Below are positions 45,626-55,145 of a stretch of DNA of 64,000 nucleotides, in pieces. Each line of letters begins with the position of its first letter. Within the stretch, counting starts at the first letter, position 1. Source of the DNA: Rhodanobacteraceae bacterium (GTDB lineage Bacteria > Acidobacteriota > Terriglobia > Terriglobales > Acidobacteriaceae). The notes under the pieces were generated by a model. It was not told where the DNA came from. It was given only the letters and a program-made list of their open reading frames with translations, and made no database searches. Where the stretch lies: the NCBI GenBank assembly GCA_043783275.1, contig JAYVZP010000072.1, forward strand, positions 1,394 through 65,393. The letters are read 5' to 3'. The translations under genes and the position numbers were made by a program.

Positions 45626-47695
45626 TCACCGTGCGCCTTCACCACAGGGCACCTTGCCGGGACCAGCTACGGAGTAGGAACAGCGTGTGAACCCAACCGT
45701 ACGTGCGAGCTGCGAACTCGAGTACATGCGTCCATTCGCAACCACGCTCACCACTCGGCGAAGGTTTGAGATGTTATCCAGCGGATTGCCGTCGATCAGG
45801 ACCAGGTCGGCGCGCTTGCCGGGTTCGATGCTGCCGGACTCCGCTTCAAGATGCATGGCACGCGCGCTGACGATGGTCGCCGCCTGAATCGCTTCCATCG
45901 GGGTGAATCCAGCCTGCACGTATAGCTCCAGCTCGCGATCCAGACCATAGCCGATGAGCCCGGTATCTGAGCCCGGCACAATCGTGATGCCGTCGTGATG
46001 AAGCGCGGCAACGACCTTCCGGCTGGTCTCCATATGCGTCCTGAACTTCTTCTCGTCGGTTGCAGAGTCGCTCGCGGCGCCACCCATCGCTCGGAACCTC
46101 GACGCCAGCGTAAAGGGGGCGGCGTTCACCCCCGGCTCAAAGCTCGCGACGTCGATCGAGTAGGGATGCCCGGCCATCTCGCCCCAGCCTTCGGTGGGAT
46201 CGACCACAATATTGTGCTCCTTGAGCAGCGCAAGAAATGCCCTGGACTGCGGCGCTTTAAGGTCCAGCTTGTCATTCACCATCAGGGCGCGGGTAACGTA
46301 TTGAAGGTGGTTGATTTGGTCCATGCCTTCGGCGATGCCCTCCGCAGTGGTGAGAGCCGCAGGCACATGCCCAGTCACTGTAAGGCCGCGCCTGTGCGCC
46401 TCGGCTGCGACCGCACGCAGCACCGTCGGCGAGAGCTGCGTATACACCTTGATCTGCTGAAAGTGCTGATCGGCATAGTCGTCAACCGCGGCGACTCCCT
46501 GCTCGGGCGTCTCTGCATGGACCGCCCCAAACCCCAGAACCGGATCGCTGTCGATCAGGCCGGCGAGAAGCAACTTCGGACCCAGAGCGTGGTGCTCATC
46601 GATTGCACGCCGGATCGTGGTGAGGAAGAGCAGCTCCCCGCCGCAGTCGCGCGCCGTCGTGACACCAGCGGCGAGCAGAGCCGGGCCAAACTCTACGCCG
46701 GAGTAGTGCGAGTGCATCTCCCATAAGCCGGGCAGCAGCGACTTGCCCTCGGCGTGAACGATCTTCAATCCTGCCGGAATCGCCAGCGCCGCGCCACCGA
46801 CTGCAGCGATACGGTTATTGCGGATGATGACCGTCGCATTCTCAAGCGGCGCGGCCCCGGTGCCATCGATCAACCGCGCCCCCACGATGGCGAAGGTGTT
46901 CTGAGCCTCGACTTGAACTTCCCGTTGCAGGTCGGCCAGATCCAGCATCTCCTGACGCACGCCGGACCGCACCAGCGAGCCGGTAGCATCCGAGTACTCA
47001 TCGAGGATCACCTCCTGCGGCAACCCTCCTGCGAAGGTCATAAGTGCTGCAACGCGGCCGGAGTCGTTCATCCACAGAATCTCGCGGCCGAACATCAGGT
47101 TCCTGACCGTGTAGCGTGCCAGCCGCACCATCTTGCCCTTGACCAGGAACGCCTCGTGGCCAACCAGCTTGATCTCCAGCGGCAGCGCCTGTGGGCTTGC
47201 GCGCAGAATCGGCAGACGCGCCGGCTGATGATGCGCGATCCAGTAGCGCATCATCGCCATCTGCACCGCTGCAGGCATGGAGGCGAAGCCGACAAAGGCG
47301 ACTGCGGGCTTGGTGGTAGTGCGTGTGCCGGACGCCTCGTGAATCGTAGCGCTGATTCCTTTGATTTCAGTAAACGAAGCGACATCCCCGGAATGTTGTT
47401 CGAGTCTGATGGGAGCCGACTGCGGTCCAAGCTCAAGGGTCGCTACCGAAGTCCTCTTCATGCCACGGTCGTTGGTGGCGATGGTCGTGGTCAGGATCAG
47501 GCGGTGGTCGGGCTGCTCGCGGATGTCGTAGGACTCCGTTCCGATGGTATGCAGCAGCAGATGAACCAGGTAGGTGCCATGCTCAACCAGGATGCCGGAA
47601 GGGGCGAGATGCTGAGCCGATTGCGCTGGCGCCGTGACCGGGAGCAGAGCGAAAACCAGCGGAAAGAACATTGCAATGCGAAGAATGATCTGCAT
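45626..47695 (-). CDS. Secreted two-part amidohydrolase-family protein (~300-aa N-terminal domain of unknown function + amidohydrolase barrel)
   Basis: Signal MQIILRIAMFFPLVFALLPVTAPAQS. LLPGLWEMHSHY (HxH), TVTGHVP, INHLQY, IVPGSDTG (Asp ligand context). The track ORF starts at 47791. Confidence 0.8.
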   Translation of the reverse strand: MQIILRIAMFFPLVFALLPVTAPAQSAQHLAPSGILVEHGTYLVHLLLHTIGTESYDIREQPDHRLILTTTIATNDRGMKRTSVATLELGPQSAPIRLEQHSGDVASFTEIKGISATIHEASGTRTTTKPAVAFVGFASMPAAVQMAMMRYWIAHHQPARLPILRASPQALPLEIKLVGHEAFLVKGKMVRLARYTVRNLMFGREILWMNDSGRVAALMTFAGGLPQEVILDEYSDATGSLVRSGVRQEMLDLADLQREVQVEAQNTFAIVGARLIDGTGAAPLENATVIIRNNRIAAVGGAALAIPAGLKIVHAEGKSLLPGLWEMHSHYSGVEFGPALLAAGVTTARDCGGELLFLTTIRRAIDEHHALGPKLLLAGLIDSDPVLGFGAVHAETPEQGVAAVDDYADQHFQQIKVYTQLSPTVLRAVAAEAHRRGLTVTGHVPAALTTAEGIAEGMDQINHLQYVTRALMVNDKLDLKAPQSRAFLALLKEHNIVVDPTEGWGEMAGHPYSIDVASFEPGVNAAPFTLASRFRAMGGAASDSATDEKKFRTHMETSRKVVAALHHDGITIVPGSDTGLIGYGLDRELELYVQAGFTPMEAIQAATIVSARAMHLEAESGSIEPGKRADLVLIDGNPLDNISNLRRVVSVVANGRMYSSSQLARTVGFTRCSYSVAGPGKVPCGEGAR

Positions 47696-47735
47696 CTCAA
47701 CAATGTACAAGCTCCCGTAGCGTAAGCTGGCGATC

Positions 47736-49025
47736 ATGCGAATGCAAAAGAGTATGTGGGTGATAGCGGCGCTGCTAACGTGTGGAAGCACGTCACGCGC
47801 GCAGGACCCGATCGTCTATCCGTCATCCAGCGGAGCCCAGACCGAAACCGATGAGTACACCCGCTACGAGCTGCTCGCCCCCGAATCCGCCAGCTTCAAA
47901 ATCTTCTACGAAGTAACCGCGACCACCGCCGGGGCAAAGTATTTTTACAACCCTATCCGCAAGGGCAGCGTTGCGACGGACGAGTCCGTGTTCGATGCCA
48001 TGACCGGCAAGCCCATAGCCTTCGAGGTCGTTCACGGCACCGACGCCCGCAAAGACCCGCTGATGCCCAAGGCCGACCCCGACACCGACTACATCAAGGT
48101 AAAGCTCGCCCGTCCTGTACCCGAGCACGGACAAGGCCGCGTCCTCATCGTCAAGACCTACAAGGATGCGAAGAGCTACTACACCGAGGGCAACGCTATC
48201 GTCTTCAACCGCCCCCTCGGCATCCGCCGCAACAAGATCGTCCTGCCCTCGGGCTATGAGCTGACCGGCTGCACCGTGTCCTCGCAGATCCTCACCGAAC
48301 CCGACGGACGCATCGCCGTCAGCTTTATGCATTCCGGTTCCGGCGAGGCTCCACTGGTACTGCACGCGGTAAAGGACGCACAGCCTGGAGCCACACCCCA
48401 CGCCCCAAGCAACGCCAGGAGCTGGGAGTCGCCGTACCCGGGTCTGCCCGAGCGAGCCCGTCTCTCCGAGCGCGCTCACGAGGACCGCGACATCGTCTAC
48501 TTCCTGCAGCAGCCCGAGACCCACGCCTTCTCCCTCTTCCATGACTACACCGAGACCCGCGCCGGCATCAGTGCCTACGCCAACGTCGTGCGCGAGGGCA
48601 GCAAAGCCTCCAACCCCTCGGCCTATGTACTCGACACCGGCGAGCAGCTCCCCACCAGGGCCATGACCGGCGCTACCATGCAGGCCGCCAGGTTCAACGC
48701 CGGTGAGGAGGTCGATGCCAAGGCCGACGTCGTCGTCATTCCCTTCGGTGCCGTCAAGCCCGGGGAGTCGTTACGCCTCCGCATCTCCGAGACCTACACC
48801 GCCCCCGTAAGCTACCGTCTCGACGGCGATGAACTCGTCTTCGAGCGTAGCCTGGGCCGTCCGCGCAACGCGGTCGTCCTGCCCAGCGGCTGGTATGCCA
48901 CTGCCAGCGCCGTGCCCGCCACCGTGTCGCAACTTCCAGATGGCCGCGTCCGCCTCGACTACTGGGCTGACGCCCCCGAGGCCGCAGACGTGCTCCTGAA
49001 AGCGCGCAGACGTATTGTCCGTTAG
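47736..49025 (+). CDS. Secreted hypothetical protein built from two homologous ~190-aa domains
   Basis: Signal MRMQKSMWVIAALLTCGSTSRAQ. Repeat 1 has ..FKIFYEVTATTAGAKYFYNPIRKGS..VFNRPLGIRRNKIVLPSGYEL..EPDGRIAVSF. Repeat 2 has ..FSLFHDYTETRAGISAYANVVREGS..VFERSLGRPRNAVVLPSGWYA..LPDGRVRLDY. Confidence 0.65.
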   Translation: MRMQKSMWVIAALLTCGSTSRAQDPIVYPSSSGAQTETDEYTRYELLAPESASFKIFYEVTATTAGAKYFYNPIRKGSVATDESVFDAMTGKPIAFEVVHGTDARKDPLMPKADPDTDYIKVKLARPVPEHGQGRVLIVKTYKDAKSYYTEGNAIVFNRPLGIRRNKIVLPSGYELTGCTVSSQILTEPDGRIAVSFMHSGSGEAPLVLHAVKDAQPGATPHAPSNARSWESPYPGLPERARLSERAHEDRDIVYFLQQPETHAFSLFHDYTETRAGISAYANVVREGSKASNPSAYVLDTGEQLPTRAMTGATMQAARFNAGEEVDAKADVVVIPFGAVKPGESLRLRISETYTAPVSYRLDGDELVFERSLGRPRNAVVLPSGWYATASAVPATVSQLPDGRVRLDYWADAPEAADVLLKARRRIVR

Positions 49026-49175
49026 CCCAGCCCACGCGGAACCAGGCCGCACCCGGTATCGTATGGTCTTTCCACGGAGAGTGCTTAGCGCTCTGTTCCC
49101 GTATTGCGCGCAAAGCTCGGGATACTCGAGATGCCGTCGAAATATATCGTCAGCACGACCGGGGACGTGCAAGAT

Positions 49176-49210
49176 AAGACCTACTTTCTTTTGGAGGGTA
49201 GGTCTTTTTC
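49176..49210 (+). terminator. Rho-independent terminator
   Basis: AAGACCTACtttcttttggaggGTAGGTCTTtttc. It lies inside the 200-aa track ORF 49104-49706, which argues against that ORF. Confidence 0.6.
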
Positions 49211-49247
49211 GTGGTCCTGCCGACAAGAGGTCGCCACCGGTACATCC

Positions 49248-49651
49248 ATGCCAAAGAGTGAAGTCGCTCCCGTGTGTGACATGCTGCTGCAGACGTATCT
49301 CGTAACGAAGGGCCGCAAATATCTTGACCCGGCGACGCCCTTCCTTGAGACGCTATTCGCCTACAACGGCCAGCAGCCGGACTATCATTTAAACGACCTC
49401 GACATATTCGTCCTTGGGATGACTTCTGGTTTGGCAAGGCCAAGCTCTACGCCGACACCTTCCCCCGGTATTGGAGCACTATCGACGAACTCGCCCGGAC
49501 CGATCCCACTCACACCGCCCAGCTTCGACACGCGCCTGCCATATCAAGGCAGGGCGTTTCTACGACGCCTCGGGCAAACGATCAGGATTGGGTGCTGGTG
49601 CATTACCTGCTCCGCGCGAAGACCAAAGGGCCAAATGGCTCGATCAAATAA
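49248..49651 (+). pseudogene. Frameshifted gene remnant, possibly a six-hairpin glycosidase-like fragment
   Basis: Frame 1: ..CDMLLQTYLVTKGRKYLDPATPFLETLFAYNGQQPDYHLNDLDIF. Reading continues in another frame: RPWDDFWFGKAKLYADTFPRYWSTIDELARTDPTHTAQL..DQDWVLVHYLLRAKTKGPNGSIK*. The family guess is weak. Confidence 0.3.
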
Positions 49652-49740
49652 TTTCACAGCGTCGTATGTCTGTTGCTTCCGGTGTGGAATTTACTTGCGA
49701 GGCTAGAATAGGCAGCGATGTCTAACGGAGCCTTGACCTG

Positions 49741-52700
49741 ATGCGAAAGCTTGCCGTTCTCCTGACCTCCTGTGCTGTAGCCGCGACCTCCTATGCCGCT
49801 CCGGTTCGCCTCCGCACCAACGCGCTTGAAAGCCCGATCGGTATCGACACGCCGCACCCCACCTTCTCCTGGCGTAGCGATGCCAAGCGCGCTGACTGGA
49901 TGCAGTCCGCCTACGAGATCCTGGTCGCGACAGATCCCGCAACCCTCAAGACCGGCAAGCCAGACGTCTGGGACTCCGGCCGCACCCTCTCCTCCGAGTC
50001 CGTCAATATTGCCTACGCGGGTCCCTCACTCAAGCCGCAGCAGCGCTACCTCTGGGCTGTCCGGGCATGGGACGAGCAGGGCAAGGAGACCACCTCCGCT
50101 CCCACCTGGTTCGAGACCGGCCTCGCGAACTGGCAAGCCCAGTGGATCGCCCGCAAAGACCCCACCTCCGAGGCCGAACTCTTGGCCATCCGCTGGCTCT
50201 GGCTTCCCGGTGCCGACGCCATGCACGTCTTCAATGGTTCCGTCGCACACTTTCGATACACCTTGCACCTTGACGCTGCGCCCTCCGCCGCCAGCCTGCA
50301 CCTCGACGTCTGCGGCAAGTTCGTCGCGCACGTCAACGGCAAGGAAACCGGCCACCATGATCAATGGAGCGCCTTCGATCGCGAAGAGATCGCCTCTCTC
50401 CTTCATTCCGGAGACAACGAGATCGAGATCGATGCGGAGCCCAGTTCTGACAGTGACCCTAAAACCGGTTCTCCCGCCGCGCTGGCCGCATCCATTCACA
50501 TCACCGATGTCTCTGGAGTCGAGCGCCGCATCGTGAGCGATAAGTCATGGCAGGCACGCTCCACCGGCACCGCCGCATGGCAGCCCGCTGCCGAGGTGGG
50601 TCCCATCTCTATGCGCTTCAGCACCGACGTAGACCGCCACGGCCGCATCCCAGGACCCGACCGCATCTCCACCGATGCTTCACTTCTTCGCAAGGATTTC
50701 TCGGTCCGCTCCGCTGTACGCTCTGCACGTCTCAGCATCACCGCGCTCGGAGCGTACCAGGCGTTTCTGAACGGCAAATCGGTCTCTCCCGCTGGCCTTC
50801 TTGCCCCCGGTTGGACCGACTTCCACAAACGCGTGCTGTACCAAACCTACGATGTCACTTCGCTGCTCAACAGCCGCTCCAACACGATCGGCGTCGAGCT
50901 TGGCGGCGGCTGGTACAGCTCGCCCTTGACCTGGATCGGCGTGCGCGACACCCCAGGGCAGAATCTCCTGCGCGCCCAGCTTGATCTGACGCTCGCGGAC
51001 GGGACCCACCAGATCATCGCGACCGATCCGAGCTGGCTCACTGCCGCTGCCCCCGTTACCTTCTCCGAGATCTATGGCGGCGAATCCTACGACGCACGCC
51101 TTGCCCAACGCGACTGGAATATGCCCGGCTTCTCTGCATCCAGGTGGACCGCAGCGATCGCGAGCATGCCGCCCCACGCGAATCTTGCCCTTACCGCGCA
51201 GCCCGATCTTCCAATCCACACCACCATCACCCTACCCGCGAAGACCATCACCACCGTCGGTTCGAGCGCAATCTTCGACATGCAGCAGAACATGGTCGGT
51301 ACCATTCGCATCCACGTGCGCGGCTCGCGTGGCTCGGTCGTAAAGCTGCGATTCGCCGAGCGCCTCAACCCCGACGGCAGCATCTACACCACGAATCTTC
51401 GCAACGCGGATGCCACCGACACCTACGCGCTCTCCGGATCCGGCGACGAAACCTGGCAGCCCGCTTTCACCTTCCATGGCTTCCGCTACGTCGAATTCAC
51501 CACCCTTGGAGCACCCCTCGCCGCGCCGCCCACGCTCGCGACCGTCGAGGGCATCGTTTACAACTCCCTCCCTGCAATGCCATCCGTCCGCCTCTCCAGC
51601 TCCAGCAACATACTTAATAAAATGAATGAGCTGGGAGCCTGGGGCCAGCGCGGCAACTTCGTCTCCATTCCCACCGACTGCCCGCAGCGCGACGAGCGTC
51701 TCGGCTGGATGGGCGATGCCGGTGTTTTCTGGCGAACGGGTTCCTTCAACTTCGACATCGACGCCTTCACCCACAAGTTCATGCTCGACGTCACCGACGC
51801 CCAGACCGCCGCCGGTGCCTTTACCGACGTCTCCCCCAACGTCCTCGGCCCGAAGGTGGGCGCACCCGGCTGGGGCGATGCGGGTGTCTTCATCCCCTAC
51901 GCCACCTGGCTGCAGTATGGCGATGTCGCCATCGTCGAGCAATCCTGGTCCGCCATGGAACGGTGGATGGCCTTCATCCTCAAAACCAACCCCGACTATC
52001 TCCGCCGCAACTCGCTGGGCAACAATTACGCCGATTGGCTCGCACCCGACCAACACACCCCCAAGGATCTGATTGCCACCGCCTACTGGGCACTCATCGC
52101 CCGCGAAATGGCGGAGATGGCCACGGCTCTTCACCGTCCCGGCGACGCTGCGAAGTATCAATCTCAGTACGATCACATCTCCACTGCGTATCGCGCCGCC
52201 TACGTCAAGCAGGATGGAAGCGTGGCGGGCGGAACTCAGACCAGTTACCTCGCCACCATCGCTAGCGGCATTGCGCCTGAGTCCCAGCGCGCGGCCATGG
52301 TCAAGAAGGCTGTCGAGGACATGGAAGCCCACGGCACTCATCTCACAACGGGCTTCCTGGGCACGCCGTTCCTGCTGTCCGTTCTCGATGAAAACGACCG
52401 CTCTGACATCGCCTTCAAACTTCTCCTCTCGGAGACGTACCCATCTTGGGGCTACATGGTGAAGAAGGGTGCAACCACCTGGTGGGAGCGCTGGAACGGA
52501 GACACAGGCGACCCCGGCATGAATTCCTATAACCACTATGCCTTCGGTTCGGTGATGGCCTGGGTCTATCGCCGCGCGGCCGGTATCGACACTGATTCCA
52601 CCGGCCCCGGTTTCCACCACTTGACCATCCACCCGCACTTCGACGAGGCCTTGCCCAAACTCCACGTCGAGTACGACTCGGCCTACGGCACTGTCATTTC

Positions 52701-52830
52701 GGATTGGAAGCAGGTCGATAAAAAGTTCACCATCTCGATCCCGGCCAACACCTCGGCAACGGTCATCCTGCCCGGGGGGAAGACCGAAACCGTCGGTAGC
52801 GGCACCCACACCTACACCATCGAGAGATAG
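49741..52830 (+). CDS. Alpha-L-rhamnosidase (GH78)
   Basis: 1029 aa with a signal peptide. ..FSWRSDAKRADWMQSAYEILVA.. (N-terminal rhamnosidase domain), catalytic-domain hallmark IPTDCPQRDERLGWMGDA, ..GATTWWERWNGD.. Confidence 0.9.
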   Translation: MRKLAVLLTSCAVAATSYAAPVRLRTNALESPIGIDTPHPTFSWRSDAKRADWMQSAYEILVATDPATLKTGKPDVWDSGRTLSSESVNIAYAGPSLKPQQRYLWAVRAWDEQGKETTSAPTWFETGLANWQAQWIARKDPTSEAELLAIRWLWLPGADAMHVFNGSVAHFRYTLHLDAAPSAASLHLDVCGKFVAHVNGKETGHHDQWSAFDREEIASLLHSGDNEIEIDAEPSSDSDPKTGSPAALAASIHITDVSGVERRIVSDKSWQARSTGTAAWQPAAEVGPISMRFSTDVDRHGRIPGPDRISTDASLLRKDFSVRSAVRSARLSITALGAYQAFLNGKSVSPAGLLAPGWTDFHKRVLYQTYDVTSLLNSRSNTIGVELGGGWYSSPLTWIGVRDTPGQNLLRAQLDLTLADGTHQIIATDPSWLTAAAPVTFSEIYGGESYDARLAQRDWNMPGFSASRWTAAIASMPPHANLALTAQPDLPIHTTITLPAKTITTVGSSAIFDMQQNMVGTIRIHVRGSRGSVVKLRFAERLNPDGSIYTTNLRNADATDTYALSGSGDETWQPAFTFHGFRYVEFTTLGAPLAAPPTLATVEGIVYNSLPAMPSVRLSSSSNILNKMNELGAWGQRGNFVSIPTDCPQRDERLGWMGDAGVFWRTGSFNFDIDAFTHKFMLDVTDAQTAAGAFTDVSPNVLGPKVGAPGWGDAGVFIPYATWLQYGDVAIVEQSWSAMERWMAFILKTNPDYLRRNSLGNNYADWLAPDQHTPKDLIATAYWALIAREMAEMATALHRPGDAAKYQSQYDHISTAYRAAYVKQDGSVAGGTQTSYLATIASGIAPESQRAAMVKKAVEDMEAHGTHLTTGFLGTPFLLSVLDENDRSDIAFKLLLSETYPSWGYMVKKGATTWWERWNGDTGDPGMNSYNHYAFGSVMAWVYRRAAGIDTDSTGPGFHHLTIHPHFDEALPKLHVEYDSAYGTVISDWKQVDKKFTISIPANTSATVILPGGKTETVGSGTHTYTIER

Positions 52831-53150
52831 CAGGGAGAGCGAGAATAGGGCAATTGCAGGAGCCCGATCTCGACTGGGCGAAGATCATTTGTTGCAAAGT
52901 CGCCAATTCACTCATTCAGGGACACGGTACTTCCTCAACTGGAATCGAGCCTGACTTTCCCGTCGATCTTCGCAATCGTTTTCCTTGCTGGGTTTCTTGC
53001 GCCAAAGGTCTACGCCAAGATCAAGACTCATCACGGACCGCACCCACTGGACAACCTGCCAGTGGGTACGGCTCTTGTCCAGGATGCCGTACGCCATCAA
53101 TGGGTCGATGCCACCCCCTCAGGAGAGGGTCTCATTAGGAGTTAACGCTT

Positions 53151-53510
53151 ATGACTCAGGGGAAACGGGCGCAGGCTTCTTCGGCGCAGCGGACCTACAT
53201 CTGGCGGCGTTCGAAGGCAGGAGAGTCATTACATGAGATTGGGCGCTCATCGCTGACTGATCGAGAAGAGATCTCCTGAGGCATTAACTCAGGTTCGTTG
53301 ATTCGTGAGATTGCCACAAGCCGAGCCGAGCTGCCTTGACGGTTGAGTTGGAAGATCGCACGGCATGGTGGCCGTCCATGAGCCGTTACGGGAGATCGTT
53401 GTAAGGAGACTGACTTTGGACTGGTCGCCTGAACAGGTCTCCGCATGGTTTAGGCCCCCGTGTCCATGGATCCAGTTTGACCACAGGGAGCTATTTTATA
53501 CGGGAGGCAA
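53151..53510 (+). mobile_element. IS30-family transposase N-terminal remnant (multiple stops and frameshifts, DDE domain missing)
   Basis: MTQGKRAQASSAQRTYIWRRSKAGESLHEIGRSSLTDREEIS*GINSGSLIREIATSRAELP*.. then, in another frame, ..LREIVVRRLTLDWSPEQVSAWF. These match the HTH LTxxEREEISRG / IAREL and WSPEQI(S/A) elements typical of IS30 transposases. Confidence 0.55.
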
Positions 53511-53535
53511 CACCTTCCTACGGTTGCGTCTGGAC

Positions 53536-54705
53536 CTAGTTCGTGTAGATGCGCACATAATCCACAAGCATTTCGGCAGGAAACAATGTGGACGAAGTTG
53601 GCGCGCCGGGATAACTGCCGCCTATCGCCAGGTTCAGAAGAATGAAGTTGGACTGGCCACCGTCAAAAGGCCAAATGGCGCCGGGGTATCCGGTTAGGCT
53701 GGCGGCACTGAAGGTGGCGTAGACGTTGGAAGGCGAGTCGACATAGTAAGCGACGGAGTTGGGGGTCCAGATCATGCCGTAGGTGTGCCAGGTTGCGGCT
53801 GTCTGTCCAGTGGGAAAATGGTACGGCGTCCCGATGGCCAAGCCAGTGAAGCCGGGGCCGTGGATGGAGCCCTGATTGAAATCAGGGACGGTGGCAGCGT
53901 TAACGCGCTCCATGACGTCCATCTCGCCACAAGCGGGCCAACTGACGGTAGCGATATTGTTTCCCATTAGCCAGCCGGCGGGCCAGAGGCCCTGGGCTTC
54001 AGGCAGCGAGGCGCGGAACTCAAGACGGCCGTACTGAAAGCTGAAGAGGCCTTGGGTCTTCATGCGGGCTGAGGTGTAGACGCCGGGAGTGGGCTGGCGG
54101 CCGACGACGTGGAGATAGTTGTCGGTGCCGACATACGCATTCGGGCTGGCCGCGCTGCAAGGCGACGAGGTTGAGCCGAAGGAACAGTAGTCTTCAAGCT
54201 CGGAGTTGCCCCAGCCGTTAGCACCTGTTTCGTAGCCCCAGATGGCGGGATTCGGAGCCGCATTAGCGCCGGTGGTATTGGTAAACTCATCGCTCCAGAC
54301 AAGGGTACCGGCGGCAACGTTGACCGCGAGGGCCTTGGTCGTTACCCCGCTGTTGGTCATGCCGGATGAGATGCCGATGGCCTTGATGCTGGAGCTGGAG
54401 GTTACGAGGAAGGGGGCAAGGTACTGGGTGGAGGTGCTGGTGGGTGCGCTGCCGTCGGTCGTGTAGACGATGTTCGCGCCGGAGGTGGAGTCGGCGATAG
54501 AGACGATGACCGCGTTATTTTGTGCGGGCGTAGAGGTAATGGTGGGATTGGCGACCTGGCCGGTTCCGCCGCCGGCGCCGGTGAGAATGGGCGCCGAAGT
54601 AGTAGCGACTGCTCCGCCGCAACCCAATAGGGAGAGAGCCGCAAGGAAGACGAAGGACGCGTGGCGAGCAGACTTGAAGAGAAAGGAGGTGCTGGCGGTC
54701 GTCAT
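53536..54705 (-). CDS. Lipoprotein glycoside hydrolase family 16 (beta-glucanase/laminarinase-like) with an N-terminal chitobiase-type Ig-like domain
   Basis: Lipobox LSLLGC. IVYTTDGSAPTSTSTQY. GH16 catalytic motif GEMDVMERVN (ExDxxE). WHTYGMIW. Confidence 0.85.
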   Translation of the reverse strand: MTTASTSFLFKSARHASFVFLAALSLLGCGGAVATTSAPILTGAGGGTGQVANPTITSTPAQNNAVIVSIADSTSGANIVYTTDGSAPTSTSTQYLAPFLVTSSSSIKAIGISSGMTNSGVTTKALAVNVAAGTLVWSDEFTNTTGANAAPNPAIWGYETGANGWGNSELEDYCSFGSTSSPCSAASPNAYVGTDNYLHVVGRQPTPGVYTSARMKTQGLFSFQYGRLEFRASLPEAQGLWPAGWLMGNNIATVSWPACGEMDVMERVNAATVPDFNQGSIHGPGFTGLAIGTPYHFPTGQTAATWHTYGMIWTPNSVAYYVDSPSNVYATFSAASLTGYPGAIWPFDGGQSNFILLNLAIGGSYPGAPTSSTLFPAEMLVDYVRIYTN

Positions 54706-55087
54706 GTGGGTTAGCCCCTGATTGAAATCTTAGAACTTAAATCGTAGCTATATTTGTACGGCCTGACTGCGGGTGTGACTACATCTGTTTTGTTACGGCC
54801 TTCCATTCGGGCAGCCCCGGATGGTTGAAGACGTTCATCACCCGATTCCAGCTGGGCGTTACCCTCCCTCATCCCATCCTCTGGGGGGCGCACAGGACCA
54901 TCCAGGTTTACTCGGTATGAGCATCTGTCCATGTGATCCTTTTGTGGCAATCTCAATTTTTTGGAAGAGACACACGCCATGACAAGGCGATATGTTTTGC
55001 CATGCAGTCAAAGCTGCAAACAGAGCGGTTCTAGCCGGTGATCGAGATTAGTTGTTGATTGCAAAAGCACGGGTAGGAGCGAGCATA

Positions 55088-55108
55088 CGAATCCCTCCTC
55101 GTTCGCCA
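55088..55108 (+). repeat. Imperfect direct copy of the tRNA-Ser 3' end (candidate distal att site of an island)
   Basis: CGAATCCCTCCTCgTTCGCCA versus tRNA-Ser 34492-34512 CGAATCCCTCCTCtTCCGCCA. 13 nt are identical, then 6 of 8. Same orientation. Confidence 0.55.
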
Positions 55109-55145
55109 CAAATCTTTCCAGCGCGCCTTGCGTTAGGGGTCCGAA

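Noticed and set aside
49104-49706. 200-aa plus-strand ORF as an intact gene.
   Set aside because: It spans a good rho-independent terminator (49176-49210), and its C-terminal half is Cys/Arg-rich nonsense. Coding-like sequence continues in another frame, so it is better explained as a frameshifted remnant.
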